Positions 59,701-64,000 of a DNA stretch of 64,000 nt are shown here, in pieces (position 1 is the stretch's first letter; each line of letters begins with the position of its first letter). The notes beneath the pieces were generated by a model. It did no database searches and was not told the DNA's origin. It saw only the letters and a list, made by a program, of their open reading frames with translations. The DNA is from Bugula neritina (Eukaryota; Animalia; Bryozoa), in contig OZ037765.1 in the NCBI GenBank assembly GCA_964035545.1, positions 28,271,504 to 28,335,503 on the forward strand, written 5' to 3'. A program made the position numbers and the translations under genes.

Positions 59701-61715
59701 AACACTTTGCATATAAACATTGTTTGAAAATAGAATGTATTCAGAACAAATAACAACAAATTCACATAAACAAAAATAACAAGAAAAATGATAATACATT
59801 TGAATGAAAATAGAAGTATCACCTGAATAGCCCTGTGAATGAGGTAGGCGTCATATTCCGCAGGTTTCATCAGTAAACCAACTGTAACAGACTCAAAGTC
59901 GCCTGTTAGACGATCTCGCAAGTCTTGCAGGAGATCCTATTTACATAAAACTAGAGTAAGCCAGGTATTAACATATTACTTAACACCCACTACTCTGTAA
60001 GTCTCAGCAGAAGCAGATAAACATTAGAGAACGAGGTGCTGGTAACTAAGTTAGCTAGCTGAAGAAGCGTGAACCAGGTTTTATAAGGTAGACAAAAACA
60101 TCTCGCTCTGCTCAAACATGACAAGTTTGTGTATAAATGAAAAGGCCAATGCAAAAGAGCACAAGTACAATCTTGAGACTGTAAATAATAGCAAGAAATT
60201 AAATAACAAATAATGCATGGCAATTGTTGAGTACCTTTCCATACATAGTTTTATACATCAGCCTAATTTTCTGTCTTTGTGCATTTGATCGGTGAGGTAA
60301 AATGTTAACAATAACAGTCTCATTCAGGAACGAACTCTTGAGACAGTTTTTCAGCTGTGTAGCGTCTGCTTCGGGGTCAAAGCCAGAAGTAAGAGGCTTC
60401 ACCAAACCTGAATCCTAAAAGTAACAAAGTTTTTTCTAAAAGTAAACAGCTTAAAAGTCTCCAACTACAACAATGCACCTGCTAGCATCTTTGTATCAAA
60501 ATAATAAAAAAATATAAAATTTATCTACAAATAGAGATAGCTTATTCCACATACATTTTATCTATTTATGTCTTAATTAATACTTACACCTGGCTTCTTT
60601 GCACATTCATAATAAGACGTTAAATTTCCATCTTTCAACCGAGAAGAATAAGCTACAACAAAAAAGAAATCCCAGATGAGCATTAAAGTTAATTGCAGAT
60701 ACATAAATTAATGAATCACTCAACCATATCTGAAGCTTATATTAAGCATTTTTATTAAAAAATTTTTCAGATATTATAGTAAATTTAAATGTGGGGATAT
60801 GAATTTTTTTTACAGTAAAAATTAACAAATTCCAACTAATTGAACAATTTGCAAAAGAAAAGATTAAACCAACACTATATCTACTTGTTTGACCGAGTTA
60901 GTAAAATATTAATTATATTTATATGCAAGCAAGGACTGAAAACTAGGAAGACTTCAAAAATAATTATTTGAATTATTTTTAGAATGCTTACCTGAAGTGG
61001 CTGAAGAATTTGTTGGCTGTGGCTTTCCTGATGGTGAACTGCTCTTAGTTGAAGGCGAGGCTGCAGTTGGGTAACCACTTGACATCGTGGAATTGCCAGG
61101 TTGGTTACTAGTTGGATAAGGTGCGCTTGCACTTGCAGGGTAGGGTGATCCACTATTCTGAGTACTGCCAGGTGCAGGGTAAGGAGAACCACCAGCAACA
61201 GTATTTGTTCCACCTATTTGTGGAGGATAGGCTGTAGAACTTGCTGGAGCACTGGGATTAAAGTCTCCAGTAGGATATGGGGCGCCCCCTCCTGGAGGAT
61301 ACGAAGTATTTGCCCCTGAAGGGTAAGGCATGCCACCCTGTGAATAAGGAGGATTTGCTCCAGGAGGGTACGATGAGGTATCCCCAGTAGGATATGGCGC
61401 ACCACCTCCACTAGGATAAGCTGGGTAAGCTGAAGGATAACCTGATGATTGATCAGGCATTGGCATTCCACCTTGTCCAGGGAATGCATTTCCTGGGGGG
61501 TAGTTGGCTGCACTGGGATAAGGTTGAGCAGCATAAGGAAGACCAGGAGGGGCTGGAGCAGGCTGCGGCATTCCTCCAGATGGTGGGTATCCAGGGGTTG
61601 AAGCATATCCACCTGGGGCTGGAGCATATCCATCTGGGGCTGGAGCATATCCACCTGGGGCTGGAGCATATCCACCTGGAGTTGGAGCATATCCACTTGA
61701 ATAAGGAAAACTCAT
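56712..61715 (-). CDS. Annexin with long Pro/Gly/Tyr-rich N-terminus (annexin A7/A11-like), multi-exon
   Basis: Exon 61715-60992 encodes the PGY-rich head. Four annexin repeats follow: FDPEADA..RSNAQRQKI, GLGTDEDVLVEILCTRTNAQI, RLGTDESTFNSVF..SFEQLRAVF..SEMSGDLEKG, MKGIGTDEKSLIRTLVSRSEIDL..KETSGPFRDMLIHIIGGGH*. Confidence 0.93.
61590..61697 (-). repeat. 21-bp coding tandem repeat (GGYAPAP x5) in the annexin N-terminus
   Basis: ggagcatatccacctggggct units on the + strand. Confidence 0.9.
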
Positions 61716-61817
61716 TTTACCTACAAATCACAATCACAATGAGTGAAAATGAATTATAAACAATTATTATTGACATAAGTAGAACTAATACTATAATAAT
61801 AAATACATTTACTATTG

Positions 61818-64000
61818 GGTCATTCCATGTCAAATCAACCAAATTTCAGAAAGTCCCACGCCTTTGCGTCTCAGATTTTGTTCATATTTACACCAAATGG
61901 ACCTACACATGTCCTGAGTACTATTCTTCAATATTTCTGGCTTGACACAAAAACTTTTTGAGAAAAGACTATTTTCATGAACAAAGGTTGGGAAAAATTT
62001 TGAAGAAAATTTGCGAATTTTACTTTTAGACCAATTTGTAAACGTCCATATCTCCATTATTTTTCTAGACTGAGCCTTAAAATTTGGTGTGTGATTTGAT
62101 AACACCTATCAATTTGCACTAGTAATAACATATACTGCAGAATACTTTGTGTGCATATATGCTAAGCCATTGAATATTGGCAAATTTTTATAAATTTTGA
62201 AAAAATTCGAATATTTGCCACATCACAAAAGGCGTCAATTTTTATTTTACTTCCATGAATTTTTATCTATAAACAGTTGATTATGGTGACTTTATACTCC
62301 TTAATTTGTGTAATTTTGAAAATAATATTTTCCGAGATATAGACACCCAAAGTGAAGAAAATGTGAAAATTCGCCCAACTTCACAAGGATGTAACCTGAT
62401 GTTTGAATACAGTAAAATCTTTCAAACAAGCATTTTCTGCAACGTCATTTAGTGTATTTTGTAGATTCATAAATTTGAACATCCTTATATTGTCCAAACT
62501 TGAAGTAAATCGCACGGGAAAATGGTATGTGTATGAAAATCGGCAAAATGCAATTTTTCAATATAATATGTTGGGATCATACATTTTTTATCATTCATAT
62601 TGCTCAAAATATCAAGTAGATACATATATGTTTCCTATATATGTCAAATCTACTGAAGATTACAATAAAATCTGATTTGTGTATAATATCATAAGAAAAA
62701 TTCTGCCGATTGGCATTATATGATATTCCCATTAAGTTTCAGGTAGCAATTGTTATTTCTGTGAGTGAATGGTGTGAAACAGCTGAAATCTTGCTGGAAT
62801 CAAGTACATTAAGTAGCTGAGGCAAGGAAGGCTTCAAAAAGCATACCCAAATATAACACCATGGTCCTGAATACAATAGGCCGAATTAGATCAACGTGGG
62901 GGTTACTGCATGCTGGAAACAATTGTGGCTTTTGAAACAGACCGTGTCTAAATATAGCAGAATGGTCCTAACCTCACCCTAATCAGGTTAGTAATTTGCC
63001 CAGGCTAAGAATAATATTCATCATCCTGAAAAAATCTACAACTTTTTTTTTAAATGTAGAGAGAATGGTCTTCCAACTTTACCATCTCGTTCAAACAGAA
63101 TTTCCTTTGCTGTTTTCTGGCTTGCTGGGCCAGGTAATTGTTTGCTCCAAATTCTATGGCTGTTCTATCGATGGTCCAGCTTTTTGTGCTAATGTCAATA
63201 ACTAGACCCTCTCTAGTCACAAGAAAACTTCCGTGTCCTTATTCAAGGATCATACTAATTTGTTCAAATCTTTATGATTACTACGCTTCATACAGACATT
63301 TGTTGCTTCTGGGTGGAGTTCTTCTTCATCTATACCCTAGACTGTTTCTACCTTTTCAGTAATAACCTCCTGCACTTTCTTTCATTTTCTTTTCCTATAG
63401 CTCACTTTACTGGATGGGCTAATTTTGCAGCTTTCAAGGGAGAAGTTTCCAATTCTGTCATTCCAGTGTTTAGTGTCTGTGCTTCCTTAATTCTCAATTT
63501 CAAGAAATGCATCATATTTCACTTTTAGTTTCCTGAGAGTATTCTGAGAGCTCAGGTTTTTTAAAGCAATTAATATTGCACAGTTTCTCTCAGATTCTAC
63601 AGTTCAAAAGAGTAGAATTATACCAAGAAAGCCCCAAAAATTAGCCCTTCCAGTAAAGTGAACTATGGGGAAAAAGCATAATCTAGTGGAGGAGGTCATT
63701 GCTAAGAAGGTTGCCACAGTTGCAAGTATAGAGGGAGAGGAACTCCACCCAGAAGCAACAAATGCCTGTATAAAGCCTATTAATCATAAAGATTTGAACA
63801 TAATAATATGTTCCTTGAATAAGGTGAAAGTTTCTTTGAGACAAAAGAAGGTTCAGTTATTGACATTGGCACCAGAAAAATGGACCATTGATAAGGCATC
63901 TATAGAATTTGGAGTAAACAATTATCGTTGTGTTTCAAGTTAGAAAAATAAATATTTATTATAGTAGCAGACTGAAGAAATAGCAACGTATAAAAAGGTT
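61818..64000. mobile_element. Degraded DNA transposon(s), possibly Sola2-like, with interrupted transposase-like remnants on both strands
   Basis: Abrupt TIR-like start GGGTCATTCCATGTCAAATCAACC. Remnants KVQLLTLAPEKWTIDKASIEFGVNNY (+) and a frameshifted homolog on (-) continuing to VVDFFQDDEY. The superfamily is recalled from memory and unverified. Confidence 0.55.

Noticed and set aside
61214-61759. Overlapping alternative-frame and antisense ORFs in annexin exon 1
   Set aside because: Shadows of the repetitive Pro/Gly-rich coding sequence.

Overview
AT-rich, intron-rich animal genomic DNA, probably an invertebrate; the taxon cannot be fixed from the sequence. Genes in order: (1) a probable first coding exon of an unidentified minus-strand gene; (2) a compact SMIM4/UQCC5 + C12orf73/BRAWNIN/UQCC6 (sloth1/sloth2-type) pair that appears bicistronic; (3) a multi-exon C10orf67/DUF4709-like coiled-coil gene (-), head-to-head with (4) an SR-protein kinase (SRPK, +); (5) FIG4/SAC3 phosphoinositide 5-phosphatase (-), whose ~9.8 kb intron holds (6) an antisense nested RING + acidic linker + NHL-repeat gene; (7) an annexin A7/A11-like gene (-) with two tandem 80-nt, apparently mutually exclusive exons; (8) a degraded DNA transposon at the right end. 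Introns carry several MITE families and micro/minisatellites. The main unexplained signal is a cryptic 6-bp periodic 'xTxAxx' tract with variable units, which recurs just downstream of the promoters (5' introns) of most genes whose 5' end is in the window. All gene models were spliced by eye and homologies are recognised from memory; no database searches were run.
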